36,241 nucleotides of DNA from Leidyana gryllorum EB-2025a (GCA_048772705.1 JBLWGC010000218.1:1-36241); one strand, 5' to 3'. Numbered from the stretch's first letter, positions 1 to 9,035 are shown. Notes: generated by a model not told the origin, from the sequence alone. Numbers and translations are program-made.

Positions 1-61
1 GTTTCGTTAGAGCGTTCGCTTGGTAAGCGAGAAGGCGCCGGCTCGATTCCGCCAGAAGGCT
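1..61 (+). pseudogene. Partial degenerate tRNA-Thr, anticodon GGT
   Basis: TTCGC-TTGGTAA-GCGAG arm and AGAAGGCT end; 5' cut by edge, T-arm mutated. Confidence 0.7.
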
Positions 62-127
62 TTGATGCATCGATAGGCTTATAAAGAATGGCTGTCACCA
101 GTACAAGAGTCAACAGGATCGTGTTCT

Positions 128-198
128 GCATCTGTGGTCTAGTGGAAGAGTCTCTCGCTGCCATCAAGATAACCCGTGTGCGATTCCCGACAGATGCA
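128..198 (+). pseudogene. Divergent tRNA-Gly(GCC)
   Basis: GCATCTG...CAGATGCA acceptor; T-loop TGCGATT. Confidence 0.8.
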
Positions 199-242
199 AA
201 ACGATAGCATGATGAGTTTGTCGGCGATTTCGATTCCGACCC

Positions 243-315
243 TGGGAGTGGAGAGCATCGAACTCTCGACTTCAGGATTATGAGACCTACGCGCTACCGA
301 CTGCGCTACACTCCC
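243..315 (-). tRNA. trnM: tRNA-Met(CAT) elongator
   Basis: GGGAGTG/CACTCCC-A acceptor, CT-CAT-AA loop. Confidence 0.9.
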
Positions 316-390
316 CCCCGACTGTCTCCGAAGAATCACCCAAACCCAGAACCATGCTGCCAGGCAGGTTGGGTCAAGATACAACAAAGC

Positions 391-462
391 GGGCTATTCT
401 GGGAATCGAACCAAGCACTTCTTCCACCCTAAGGAAGGATCATACCACTAGACCAAACAGCT
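391..462 (-). pseudogene. Degenerate tRNA-Pro(AGG)
   Basis: Pro body with acceptor and T-stem mismatches. Confidence 0.8.
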
Positions 463-549
463 GACTGGTCGGTGGTGCAATCCGCGGGTAGAGTTGAGAG
501 AGTGGTCATGCTATGTTGACAACCGATAAATGCGATGGGACTGCACGTC

Positions 550-621
550 GGGCGACTGGCTCAGATGGTAGAGCGCTCGCTTGGCATGCGAAAGGTATGG
601 GATCGATGTCCAGGTCGTCCA
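550..621 (+). pseudogene. Degenerate tRNA-Ala, anticodon GGC
   Basis: G3:U70 acceptor, TT-GGC-AT loop, T-stem deletion. Confidence 0.8.
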
Positions 622-748
622 AACTTCGTACGGCTGCAGATCCAGCCCTCACAACTGCTGCAACTCAGATTTTGCCTCAGCTGGTCTGGACTTCATCCGG
701 GATGGTGGAGTTTGCGAGCAGCTTGCAGGTGCCCAGTCAATGCAGTCG

Positions 749-819
749 AGCCTTCTGCCCGAATCGAACCGGCGACCTTTCACTTACTAAGCGAATGATC
801 TGCCCCAAGCTAAGAAGGC
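749..819 (-). pseudogene. Degenerate tRNA-Thr(AGT)
   Basis: Thr body, several stem mismatches. Confidence 0.8.
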
Positions 820-947
820 AATGTTAACTGGACATCACGAATGAGTCCCTATTGACGGAAGTTACTGAAGCACATTGTTCCACCACTTAATACTTTCACT
901 GCTCCACCCACCGGCAAATAGGGTGTAACTAAGTTTAGAGCTTTCTT

Positions 948-1020
948 GCCGCCCTAGCTCAGTCGGCAGAGCGCAAGACTTTTAATCTTGCAGTCGCGGG
1001 TTCGAGCCCCGCGGGCGGTG
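948..1020 (+). tRNA. trnK: tRNA-Lys(TTT)
   Basis: CAAGA-CTTTTAA-TCTTG arm, full cloverleaf. Confidence 0.93.
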
Positions 1021-1080
1021 CAAATCAATGTCTCTGGGAGTAGGAGTGGAACCGTTGCCTACAAGCACACTCTCCTGGAT

Positions 1081-1153
1081 TTCCACTGCCGGGACTTGAA
1101 CCCGGATCGTGCGGGTGAGAGCCGCATATCCTAGCCACTTAGACTACAGTGGA
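1081..1153 (-). tRNA. trnE: tRNA-Glu(CTC)
   Basis: TCCACTG/CAGTGGA-A, CT-CTC-AC loop. Confidence 0.93.
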
Positions 1154-1234
1154 CAACTTCCTCAGCTGCAGCTTTGGACGAAAGCCGTGCCATCTTGAGA
1201 TGAGATGGAGCGTCAGGTCAACCGACAAGCAACG

Positions 1235-1306
1235 GGGCTGTTCTGGGAATCGAACCCAGGACTTCTTCCACCCGAAGGAAGAATCATACCACTAGACCAA
1301 AGAGCT
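1235..1306 (-). tRNA. trnP: tRNA-Pro(CGG), acceptor mismatches
   Basis: CTTCC-TTCGGGT-GGAAG arm. Confidence 0.75.
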
Positions 1307-1439
1307 GCCTGTCGGTCGTGCAACCCGCTGAGTACAGTTGAGATAGTGGTCATACTATGTTGAGAACCAACAAATGCGATGGGGTCTGCACAACAAAATG
1401 GAAAGACTTTTGGAGTTGGAGGCCGGCGTATTTAGAGCG

Positions 1440-1511
1440 GCCGAGATAGTCTAGTGGTTAGTATTTCCGCCTGACACTCGGAAGACCCGGGTTCGATTCC
1501 CGGTCTCGGAG
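1440..1511 (+). pseudogene. tRNA-Asp body with GAC (Val) anticodon
   Basis: TCCGC-CT-GAC-AC-TCGGA; G1:A72 mismatch. Confidence 0.8.
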
Positions 1512-1566
1512 CGCAGGTGGTTTCGCTTAAGATTCTCTCCTTTGGTTCCCGCTGAAAGTTGCGAGC

Positions 1567-1639
1567 TACAGCCACCGAGGATCGAACTCGGGACCTTCTG
1601 CGTGTGAAGCAGACGTCGTGACCACTAGACCATTGCTGC
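1567..1639 (-). tRNA. trnV: tRNA-Val(CAC)
   Basis: TCTGC-TTCACAC-GCAGA; one acceptor mismatch. Confidence 0.85.
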
Positions 1640-1701
1640 ACGGATGGTCCCCGCAGCCCAAGACATGGCGAAGTTTCAGGGAGTAGTGAGGACCAGTTCC
1701 A

Positions 1702-1773
1702 AGGTCGCGCCGCGAATCGAACCCAGGTCGGGAGATTCAGAGTCTCCAGTGCTAACCACTACACGACGCAACC
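1702..1773 (-). tRNA. trnQ: tRNA-Gln(CTG), T-stem mismatch
   Basis: GGAGA-CTCTGAA-TCTCC. Confidence 0.82.
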
Positions 1774-1954
1774 GGCTCAGCCCATCCCAGAAGAGTCTGT
1801 TCCTCAACTGGACACACGCAACACGCGTCTCTACTGACCTCTGAAATATTTTAAGTGGCTCCTGTATAAAGGGCCCAGCGTAGGCGTTGGATTTGGGTGG
1901 GACAGAAAGCTCACTTAAATCCTTGAAGCAGTTGCGTTTTTTCTCAAATGCAAC

Positions 1955-2036
1955 CGACAAGGGTGAGATTCGAACTCACGCGGGTGGAACCCAACGGCTT
2001 AGCAGGCCGCCGCCTTAACCACTCGGCCACCTTGCC
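1955..2036 (-). tRNA. trnS: tRNA-Ser(GCT)
   Basis: 82 nt, long variable arm, CT-GCT-AA, G73. Confidence 0.93.
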
Positions 2037-2144
2037 GACGACATCTCTTGCTCGCTGGCACTTTTTCACAACGGTTTGGGGGAGGTTCTGAGATCGAAGC
2101 GTTCTTTCACTCCACGAGTATCGAGATGATCGAAGCCTCTCCAT

Positions 2145-2217
2145 GGTGCGGTGGCCTAATGGATAGGGCATCGGTCTTCGGAACCGGGAGTTGTGGGTTC
2201 GAGTCCCATCCGCATCA
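2145..2217 (+). tRNA. trnR: tRNA-Arg(TCG)
   Basis: A20 D-loop AATGGATA, CT-TCG-GA. Confidence 0.93.
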
Positions 2218-2413
2218 TAGCCTCTCACTCGGAAGACGTTCCGTTTCGACCGAGGCAAGCTTGCTAGCTGCAAGGGAGCCGCTGCCCGCATGTCGAGTTG
2301 AAGTGCTAGTGGTATCAGTTTCCTTCGTCCGTGAAAGTGCTCGATTCGATCCCCAGACAGCTGGAAGTAGAAATTGCCCGAGTCTCTCGGGGTGCTGAAG
2401 CTCTTTCGCAAGT

Positions 2414-2484
2414 GCACTTGTGGTCCAAGGGTAGGATGCGAGCTTCCCATGCTCGCAGTCCGGGTTCGAGTCCCGGCAGGTGCA
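2414..2484 (+). tRNA. trnG: tRNA-Gly(CCC)
   Basis: CGAGC-TTCCCAT-GCTCG. Confidence 0.92.
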
Positions 2485-2563
2485 GTCGATCGTACAGACT
2501 TGACCATGGCTGCAACGATATTTTCAACATTCCGGGGCGAAGAGCAATGCACTTTAAACTGCT

Positions 2564-2635
2564 GGTCCGAGCCAGGAATCGAGCCTGGGTTTGCACGGCC
2601 ACAACGTGCTGTCCTAACCACTAGACGACTCCGAC
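2564..2635 (-). tRNA. trnH: tRNA-His(GTG), acceptor mismatch
   Basis: GCACG-TTGTGGC-CGTGC. Confidence 0.8.
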
Positions 2636-2708
2636 AATCTTTGAGCGAGACTGTAGAGGTAGCGAAGCATCGATCAGGATGGAATGGAACAAAGTCCACT
2701 CCTCAACT

Positions 2709-2787
2709 CCCGGTGGGACGGAATTTGCTCGTCGAATATCTGATGCCACCACTACCATCAGATGCGTTGCCATCTAAGCAACTCGGG
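2709..2787 (-). pseudogene. Divergent tRNA-Tyr paralog retaining 7-nt intron
   Basis: TCTGA-TGGTAG-TGGTGGC-A-TCAGA; B-box lost. Confidence 0.75.
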
Positions 2788-2951
2788 CCGTTAGAGTACT
2801 TCGGGGCGGTACACCGCAGGTCGTGCAATCTTACCGGAACTCGAGTCTGGCACCCTCAGACCCTCAACAGTAGCGCTCTCAAGCTCAGAAGTACGGCACG
2901 GATTTCGGGGTGCTCGAAGTTGAGCCTTCGAACCTCGCAGCAGTTGGACGG

Positions 2952-3031
2952 CCGGGGGTAGCTCAGTTGGTAGAGCATCTGACTGTGGTGCTGGCATCAG
3001 GTAGTCGGCGGTTCGATTCCGTCCCACCGGA
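2952..3031 (+). tRNA. tRNA-Tyr body with GTG (His) anticodon and 7-nt intron
   Basis: C1:G72, A73; TCTGA-CT-GTG-G-[TGCTGGC]-A-TCAGG. Confidence 0.82.
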
Positions 3032-3220
3032 AGTAGAGTGGTGGTTGGCAGACTGCTACTCAACCTGATGGGTTTTGGCAGACATCGTTGATGGGCCAAT
3101 TGGAATGAATCTGGCGAAGAGTCCATGCATATACAACTCAAATCTTGTCTTAGCTGTCGCAGCAGCATATCTTAGACAACCTTGAAGAGACGTAGCGTAT
3201 TAAGTCAACAACTGACAGAC

Positions 3221-3292
3221 GGGCTGTTCTGGGCATCGAACCCAGGACTTCTTCCACCCAAAGGAAGAATCATACCACTAGACCAAACAGCC
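3221..3292 (-). tRNA. trnP: tRNA-Pro(TGG)
   Basis: Full cloverleaf, TT-TGG-GT loop. Confidence 0.87.
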
Positions 3293-3381
3293 GACAACCC
3301 ACCATCTCGCTACAGCCCCCAGTACTGTGGGAGCAGTCGGCACAGCACGCGTTTCGGCCCCCTCTTTCATGTTGGACACTG

Positions 3382-3453
3382 AGCAACGTGGCTCAGTAGG
3401 AGAGTGTTGGGCTCATGACCGGAAGGTTCGTCGATCGAAACGACGCACTGCTA
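3382..3453 (+). pseudogene. Degenerate initiator tRNA-Met(CAT)
   Basis: GATCGAAA T-loop, CAT; stem mismatches. Confidence 0.8.
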
Positions 3454-3663
3454 AGCGTCAGGAGGAGGACACACTTATAGAGATGATACAGGCGTCTTTT
3501 TGCTTCAAGAACTCCCCGATCTGGCTATCGACCCCTGCACGTTTGGCGTGCAAAGTCACCTCTCTACCACTTGAAATAGCCGCCCACCCGCCAAACCCAA
3601 GTGAACTTTCCCCGCCTCAATTCCTCAACAGTGGCACTTCGAGCTCTCCAGCTCAACACTGCG

Positions 3664-3749
3664 GCACAGATCGCGGAGTGGTCCGAGGTGCCAAACTCGA
3701 ATTTGGATGCCGCAAGTCTGCATGGGTCCGAATGTCAGCCACTCTTGCC
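3664..3749 (+). pseudogene. Decayed tRNA-Leu(CAA)-type copy
   Basis: Similar to 25078-25161 (GCACAGAT..., CGCAAGTCTGCATGGGT). Confidence 0.65.
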
Positions 3750-3776
3750 GATTCCGCTGTGGAGCGAGACCACGAG

Positions 3777-3849
3777 AACGGTGGGCGGGACTCGAACCCA
3801 CAACCTTTGCCTCCGGAGGGCAACACACTATCCATTGCGCCACCACCGC
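3777..3849 (-). tRNA. trnR: tRNA-Arg(CCG)
   Basis: TTGCC-CTCCGGA-GGCAA. Confidence 0.9.
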
Positions 3850-4020
3850 ACAATCCACAGCCTCACTGTCTGCGACGCCTGAGTCGGTGATATCACCAGG
3901 CATCGCTGGTTCGATTCAACAGTTGTCAAGTGGACGTGGTAGGCGGAGTTCGAAAGACTCCTTATCTTATTTGAGACAGGGGTATCAACTCTCCTAAACC
4001 CTCGTCAGAGCCTAGCAAAA

Positions 4021-4091
4021 GGGCTTTTCTGGGAATCAAACCCAGCACTCCTTCCACCCAAGGAAGGACCATACCACTAGACCAAACAGCC
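4021..4091 (-). pseudogene. Degenerate tRNA-Pro
   Basis: Anticodon-loop deletion, T-loop TTTGA. Confidence 0.75.
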
Positions 4092-4175
4092 GACTGGTCG
4101 GTGGTGCGAATTGCTGGTAGAATCGGGAGACTGGTCAATGTCAAGAACCACCAAATGCTATGGGGTCTGCACAGC

Positions 4176-4248
4176 GGGCGACTAGCTCAAATGATATAGC
4201 ACTCGCTTAACATGCGGGAGATACTGGGATCGATGCCCAGGTCGTCCA
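4176..4248 (+). pseudogene. tRNA-Ala body with AAC (Val) anticodon
   Basis: G3:U70 kept, TT-AAC-AT loop, D-arm damaged. Confidence 0.78.
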
Positions 4249-4335
4249 AAGTACGTACGGCTGCACGTGGCGGGAGTCACTCTGAAGGGTCGCAGACCAC
4301 AAGTGCGAGAGCAGGTGTCTGGGGTGCCTCTGAAA

Positions 4336-4408
4336 CGGTCCTGGCAGGTTTCGAACCTGCGACTTTGTGGTTAACAGCCACACGCTCTGCCGAGTGAGCT
4401 ACAAGACC
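4336..4408 (-). tRNA. trnN: tRNA-Asn(GTT)
   Basis: TGTGG-CTGTTAA-CCACA; G15 changed to C. Confidence 0.85.
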
Positions 4409-4531
4409 CAGCTAGAGAGACCCTCCTCTTTCTACCGCAGGATTCTGCAACCTTTGTTGTAGGTGCACCCGACAGACCACGTCTTGCAAGAGGGGTACGG
4501 CTCTCGGCGAAAGCTGCAGCTGAGGGAGTTG

Positions 4532-4604
4532 TCCACTGTAGTCTAAGTGGCTAGGATATGCGGCTCTCACCCGCACGATCCGGGTTCAAGTCCCGGCAGT
4601 GGAA
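4532..4604 (+). tRNA. trnE: tRNA-Glu(CTC)
   Basis: Full cloverleaf. Confidence 0.93.
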
Positions 4605-4677
4605 CTTGCACTACTCAAGCAAAGTGGTCCAGTAATCTCCGTCAATAGAGACTGTTTCGTGATCTTCGGCTTGCATT

Positions 4678-4754
4678 GCCTTCTTAGATTAGGGGCGGGG
4701 CAGAGCATTCGCTTAGTAAGCGAAAGGTCGCCGGTTCGATTCCGGCAGAAGGCT
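4678..4754 (+). pseudogene. tRNA-Thr(AGT) with GGGGC duplication in D-loop
   Basis: AGGGGCGGGGCAGAGC. Confidence 0.8.
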
Positions 4755-4802
4755 TTGGTCACGAGCCGATCTATTCTAGACTGTTTCCCTTTTGCGCACA
4801 CT

Positions 4803-4874
4803 TAGCAGTGAGTCGTTTCGATCGACTGACCTTTGGGTTATGAGCCCAACACTCTTCCGGCGAGCTGCACTGCT
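4803..4874 (-). pseudogene. Degenerate initiator tRNA-Met(CAT)
   Basis: TTGGG-CTCATAA-CCCAA, GATCGAAA; D-loop altered. Confidence 0.8.
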
Positions 4875-4999
4875 TAGTCTGCAACATGGAAGAGGTAGCC
4901 GAAATGCAATTCTTGAGATGTTAATTGCCTTGAGTGTCGACGCCGTGGCTGTGTTACTTCTAAAACTGCTTATCCCATCGGGTCAACCGACAACCCAGA

Positions 5000-5071
5000 G
5001 GGCTGTTCTGGCAATCGAACCCAGGACTCCTTCCACCCTAAGGAAGGATCATACCACTAGACCAAACAGCC
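5000..5071 (-). tRNA. trnP: tRNA-Pro(AGG), T-stem mismatch
   Basis: TT-AGG-GT loop. Confidence 0.8.
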
Positions 5072-5159
5072 GCCTGTCGGTCGTGCAACCCGCTGGGTAC
5101 ACTCGAGAGAGTGGTCATACTATGTGAAGTACCACTAAATGCGATGGGGTCTGCACAGC

Positions 5160-5232
5160 GGGGGACTAGCTCAAATGGTGAAGCGCTCGCTTAGCGTGCA
5201 AGAGGTACTGGGATCAATGCCCAGGTCGTCCA
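5160..5232 (+). pseudogene. Degenerate tRNA-Ala(AGC)
   Basis: Ala body, multiple substitutions. Confidence 0.78.
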
Positions 5233-5509
5233 AAGTTTGTAGTGCTGCAACTGGCGCTATTTGACTACAGAGTTGAGAGCTTTGAGGGTGCCCTGTAGCC
5301 CTTAGATGGACTTGGGCACCGCAGTATGTGTGAAGGTTGCCTCAGAGACCGGATCTGCGAGTTTGTATTTTACAACCACACGCTCTGCCGACTAAAGTAC
5401 AAGAGCCAGTTCCAGTATCTCAGAGGTTAGTAGAGATACGCGTGTTGCATGTGTCCGGTTGAGGGCTAGTCCGGAGGCTCTACCAACTCTTTTTGTGAAG
5501 GAGTGAATG

Positions 5510-5581
5510 GGTTGCGTGGTGTAGTGGTTAGCACTGGAGACTCTGAATCTCCCGATCTGGGTTCGATTCCCGGCGCGACCT
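5510..5581 (+). tRNA. trnQ: tRNA-Gln(CTG)
   Basis: Full cloverleaf. Confidence 0.92.
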
Positions 5582-5644
5582 CACAACTAATTCTCACTGC
5601 TTTGTGAAACCTCGCCACTCCTCTTGATCTGCGGGACCTTCCGT

Positions 5645-5717
5645 GCAGCCATGGTCTAGTGGTCACGACGTCTGCTTAACACGCAGAAGGTCCCGAGTTC
5701 GATCCTCGGTGGCTGTA
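5645..5717 (+). tRNA. trnV: tRNA-Val(AAC)
   Basis: TCTGC-TTAACAC-GCAGA. Confidence 0.93.
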
Positions 5718-5770
5718 ACTCGCGTTCGTCAGGTGAGCACCACGAAATTTATAGCGGAAGAACGAAGTGT

Positions 5771-5842
5771 CTCCGAGACCGGTAATCGAACCCGGGTCTT
5801 CCGAGTGACAGGCGGAAATACTAAGCACTATACTATCTCGGA
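5771..5842 (-). tRNA. trnD: tRNA-Asp(GTC), several mismatches
   Basis: CT-GTC-AC loop. Confidence 0.75.
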
Positions 5843-5937
5843 CGCTCGTGGATACCCCGGCCTTCAACCCCAAAAGTCCTCCCTTCTCGAGACTTCACGG
5901 ACAGAAAGCGTGTAAAGTGGCGAGCCAAGGGCACTCC

Positions 5938-6017
5938 GGCAAGATGGCCGAGTCGTCCAAGGCGCTGTGTTAAGGCCGCAGTCCGAAAGGGCGTGGGTTC
6001 GAATCCCACTCTTGTCA
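5938..6017 (+). tRNA. trnL: tRNA-Leu(AAG)
   Basis: TT-AAG-GC loop, TCC-GAAA-GGG variable arm; G18 changed to C. Confidence 0.83.
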
Positions 6018-6066
6018 GGCGTTGTATCGGCCCTCGGTCAGCCACTGGATGCAATAGGTCCTCCAT

Positions 6067-6371
6067 TGGTTTGATAGGCGGAACATCCGCCGAATCGCTG
6101 GTTCCGTCCCTAGTTGGATGCATTGGGTCCATAATCTATACTGACGGCTAATCTGGGTATTCTGAAGTTGGGTTTTGGTCTGGTAAGTGCCCGTAATTGA
6201 ACTAGTTGTATTGGAATGTAATAAAAATGAATAATAAAATCGTGTGTGTCGTGTTCGTGTCTCCCTTAACCAGGCTGGCACGTAGATCTAGCTTAACCTA
6301 AAGGCCTTAGGCCGTCATTGACTCTGGGGCTTAACTGAAAGAATGCAGATCGGGTTCAAAATGACGCATCA
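6067..6371. mobile_element. 305-bp insertion, probable solo LTR
   Basis: TG...CA termini, TCCAT TSD (6062-6066, 6372-6376), empty sites in paralogous Leu-Ala spacers, AATAAA at 6220 and 6233 followed by a GT-rich tract. Confidence 0.75.
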
Positions 6372-6395
6372 TCCATGTGGAGCGGATGAGCGGAT

Positions 6396-6468
6396 GGGCG
6401 GCTAGCTCAGATGGTAGAGCGCTCGCTTCGCATGCGAGAGGTACTGGGATCGATACCCAAGTCGTCCA
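6396..6468 (+). tRNA. trnA: tRNA-Ala(CGC)
   Basis: CTCGC-TTCGCAT-GCGAG, G3:U70. Confidence 0.87.
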
Positions 6469-6583
6469 AAGTACGTACAGCTGCACGTGGCGGGATCCAA
6501 ACAAACTTCCATCTTTGAAGGGTCGCAGACCACAAGTGCCATTGGCACACCAGCGCACTCAGTGTTTAGTGTGCCTCTGAAAC

Positions 6584-6656
6584 CGGTCCTGGCAGGTTTC
6601 GAACCTGCGACTTTGTGGTTAACAGCCACACGCTCTGCCGACTGAGCTACAAGACC
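6584..6656 (-). tRNA. trnN: tRNA-Asn(GTT)
   Basis: Full cloverleaf. Confidence 0.93.
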
Positions 6657-6773
6657 CAGCTACAATGGTTCAGAGGTTAGTATAGAGATCCTCCTTTTTC
6701 TACAACAGGATTCTGCAACCACGTCTTGTCAAGAGGGTACGGCTCTCGGCTACAGCTGCAGCTGAGGAAGTTG

Positions 6774-6846
6774 TCCACTGTAGTCTAAGTGGCTAGGATA
6801 TGCGGCTCTCACCCGCACGATCCGGGTTCAAGTCCCGGCAGTGGAA
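6774..6846 (+). tRNA. trnE: tRNA-Glu(CTC)
   Basis: Full cloverleaf. Confidence 0.93.
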
Positions 6847-6906
6847 ATCCAGCTGAGTGTGCTTGTAGGCAACAGTTCCATTCTTACTCCCACGGAAATA
6901 GATCCA

Positions 6907-6979
6907 CACTGCCCGCGGGGCTCGAACCCGCGACTGCAAGATTAAAAGTCCTGCGCTCTACCGACTGAGCTAGGGCGGC
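6907..6979 (-). tRNA. trnK: tRNA-Lys(TTT)
   Basis: Cloverleaf, one acceptor mismatch. Confidence 0.85.
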
Positions 6980-7178
6980 AGGAATGCAAGGACACAAAAC
7001 CCGATAGCCTGACATGTGAAGTGGCTTTGGTACCCACCGCATCGTTGGCGTGGCAGGGAAATATAAGTTTCATACCATGTCGGAGGCGCGTGACCCCCCC
7101 AACCTTAGAGCCCAGCCTTTCCATTCTCTAGCTTCAACAGGCAGGGGACGCTTGGTGTGGCGGGACAGAAACCGAGCT

Positions 7179-7244
7179 GGCAAGATGGCGGAGGGGACTA
7201 AGGCGCTGTATTCAAGTCGCAGCTCGAAAGGGCCACTCTTGTCA
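7179..7244 (+). pseudogene. tRNA-Leu remnant, T-arm deleted
   Basis: GGCAAGATGG...CTCTTGTCA. Confidence 0.7.
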
Positions 7245-7280
7245 GGTTGCGCCTCATATGGGAAGAACAAAGAGTCTGAT

Positions 7281-7340
7281 TGAGCCCAGAGTGATTCGAA
7301 CAGATCTGGAGTCAGACGCGCAACTTTGCGCCATAGGCCC
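7281..7340 (-). pseudogene. tRNA-Trp(CCA) with internal deletion
   Basis: Similar to 12358-12429. Confidence 0.75.
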
Positions 7341-7420
7341 AAAACCATCCCCCGCTCCAGACTCATCGCCTTGTGGTCAGGAAGGTTGTCTAACATCTTC
7401 GAACGATTCAGCCCATTTTC

Positions 7421-7492
7421 AGGGCACGCGCGGAGTTGAACCACGGACTTGCTGATCTGCAGTCAGCTGCTCTACCACCGAGCTACGTACCC
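7421..7492 (-). tRNA. trnC: tRNA-Cys(GCA)
   Basis: GCTGA-CTGCAGA-TCAGC, U73; A14 changed to G. Confidence 0.85.
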
Positions 7493-7708
7493 AGAACTGC
7501 CCCTCATACTCGCTCAACTCGATTCTGTCTCCTCATTCATGGTCCAGTGATTGTTTACCTCAACTCTGCGTAATTTCGGTCAGTTAAATGGTGAGCCTAT
7601 TAAGTCCAAGTTTACGGTTGACCCGGCCCGACCAGGCGGGTGTGTTGTGGATACAGCATCACGTGCACCCTTTTGACAGCAGGAGATGCATCGAGAGAAG
7701 TTTCACTA

Positions 7709-7781
7709 GGGAGTGTAGCGCAGTCGGTAGCGCGTAGGTCTCATAATCTTGAAGTCGAGAGTTCGATCCTCTCCACTCCCA
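7709..7781 (+). tRNA. trnM: tRNA-Met(CAT) elongator
   Basis: Cloverleaf, CT-CAT-AA. Confidence 0.88.
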
Positions 7782-7825
7782 CGGTCGGAATCGGAACCGC
7801 CGACAAACTCATCATGCTATCATTT

Positions 7826-7896
7826 TGCATCCGTCGGGAATCCCACACGGGTTATCTCGATGGCAGCGAGCGACTCTTCCACTAGACCACAGATGC
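7826..7896 (-). pseudogene. Divergent tRNA-Gly(GCC)
   Basis: Same lineage as 128-198. Confidence 0.78.
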
Positions 7897-7962
7897 AGAA
7901 CACAATCTTGTGAATCTTGTACGTGGTGACAGCCATTCCTTATAAGCCTATCGATGCATCAA

Positions 7963-8031
7963 AGCCTTCTGCCGGAATCGAACCGGCGACTTCTCGCTTA
8001 CTGAGCGAATGCTCCCCTAAGCTAAGAAGGC
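7963..8031 (-). pseudogene. tRNA-Thr(AGT), D-loop deletion
   Basis: Thr body. Confidence 0.78.
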
Positions 8032-8099
8032 AATGCAGGCCGAAGATCACGAATCAGTCACTGTTGACGGGGATTACTGGAGCACTTCGCTAGAGCAGC

Positions 8100-8172
8100 T
8101 TCCACTGCCGGGACTTGAACCCGGATCATGCGGGTGAGAGCCGCATATCCTAGCCACTTAGACTACAGTGGA
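8100..8172 (-). tRNA. trnE: tRNA-Glu(CTC)
   Basis: Full cloverleaf. Confidence 0.92.
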
Positions 8173-8283
8173 CAAGTTCCCCAGTTGAGGTCAACAAGAC
8201 GTGGTCCGTCGGGTCAACCTACAACAAAGGGGTTGCAGTAGAAAGTGGAGGGTCCCTCTACTAAGCTCTGCAACATTGTAAGA

Positions 8284-8358
8284 CGTCTTGTGAGCTCAGT
8301 CGGCAGAGCGTGTGGCTTTTGATGACAAGCTCGCAGGTCCGGAACCTAGCAAACCCGG
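8284..8358 (+). pseudogene. Decayed tRNA-Asn
   Basis: GCTCAGTCGGCAGAGCGTGTGGCT intact, 3' half decayed. Confidence 0.7.
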
Positions 8359-8475
8359 CTTCAGAGGCACAATAGACATTGACTGCGGTGCTCTCCCAAT
8401 GGCACTTGTGGTTCGCGACCCTTCAAAGATGACAACGATGGGTTTGAATCCGGCCACGTGCAGCCGTACGTACTT

Positions 8476-8548
8476 TGGACGACCTGGGCATCGATCCCAG
8501 TACCTCTCGCATGCTAAGCGAGCGCTCTACCATTTGAGCTAGTCGCCC
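8476..8548 (-). tRNA. trnA: tRNA-Ala(AGC)
   Basis: Full cloverleaf, G3:U70, A54. Confidence 0.93.
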
Positions 8549-8636
8549 GTTATGCGGACCCCATCGCATTTGTTGGTTCTCAACATAGGATGACCACTTT
8601 TTAAACTGTCTTCAGCGGGTTACACGAATGGCAGGC

Positions 8637-8708
8637 GGCTGTTTGGTCTAGTGGTATGATTCTTCCGTCGGGTGGAAGAAGTCCTGGGTTCCATTCCCAA
8701 AACAGCCC
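8637..8708 (+). pseudogene. Degenerate tRNA-Pro(CGG)
   Basis: T-loop TTCCATT, loop GT-CGG. Confidence 0.78.
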
Positions 8709-8784
8709 GCTGTGTTGTATCTTGACGCAACCTGCCTGGCAGCATGGTTCTGGGTTCGGGTGATTCCTCGGAGAAAGTCGGAGG

Positions 8785-8857
8785 GGGAGTGTAGCGCAGT
8801 CGGTAGCGCGTAGGTCTCATAATCCTGAAGTCGAGAGTTCGATCCTCTCCACTCCCA
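8785..8857 (+). tRNA. trnM: tRNA-Met(CAT) elongator
   Basis: Full cloverleaf with U31/U39 typical of eukaryotic Met-e. Confidence 0.93.
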
Positions 8858-8901
8858 CGGTCGGAATCGAAACCGCCGACAAACTCATCATGCTACCATT
8901 T

Positions 8902-8969
8902 TGCAGTCGGGAATCGCATACAGATTATCTCGATGGCAGCGAGCGACTCTTCCACTAGACCACAAATGC
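8902..8969 (-). pseudogene. Divergent tRNA-Gly(GCC)
   Basis: Same lineage as 128-198, with deletion. Confidence 0.75.
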
Positions 8970-9035
8970 AGAACACGATATGGTGAATCTTGTACGTGGT
9001 GACAGCCATTCCTCATAAGCATATCGATGCATCAA

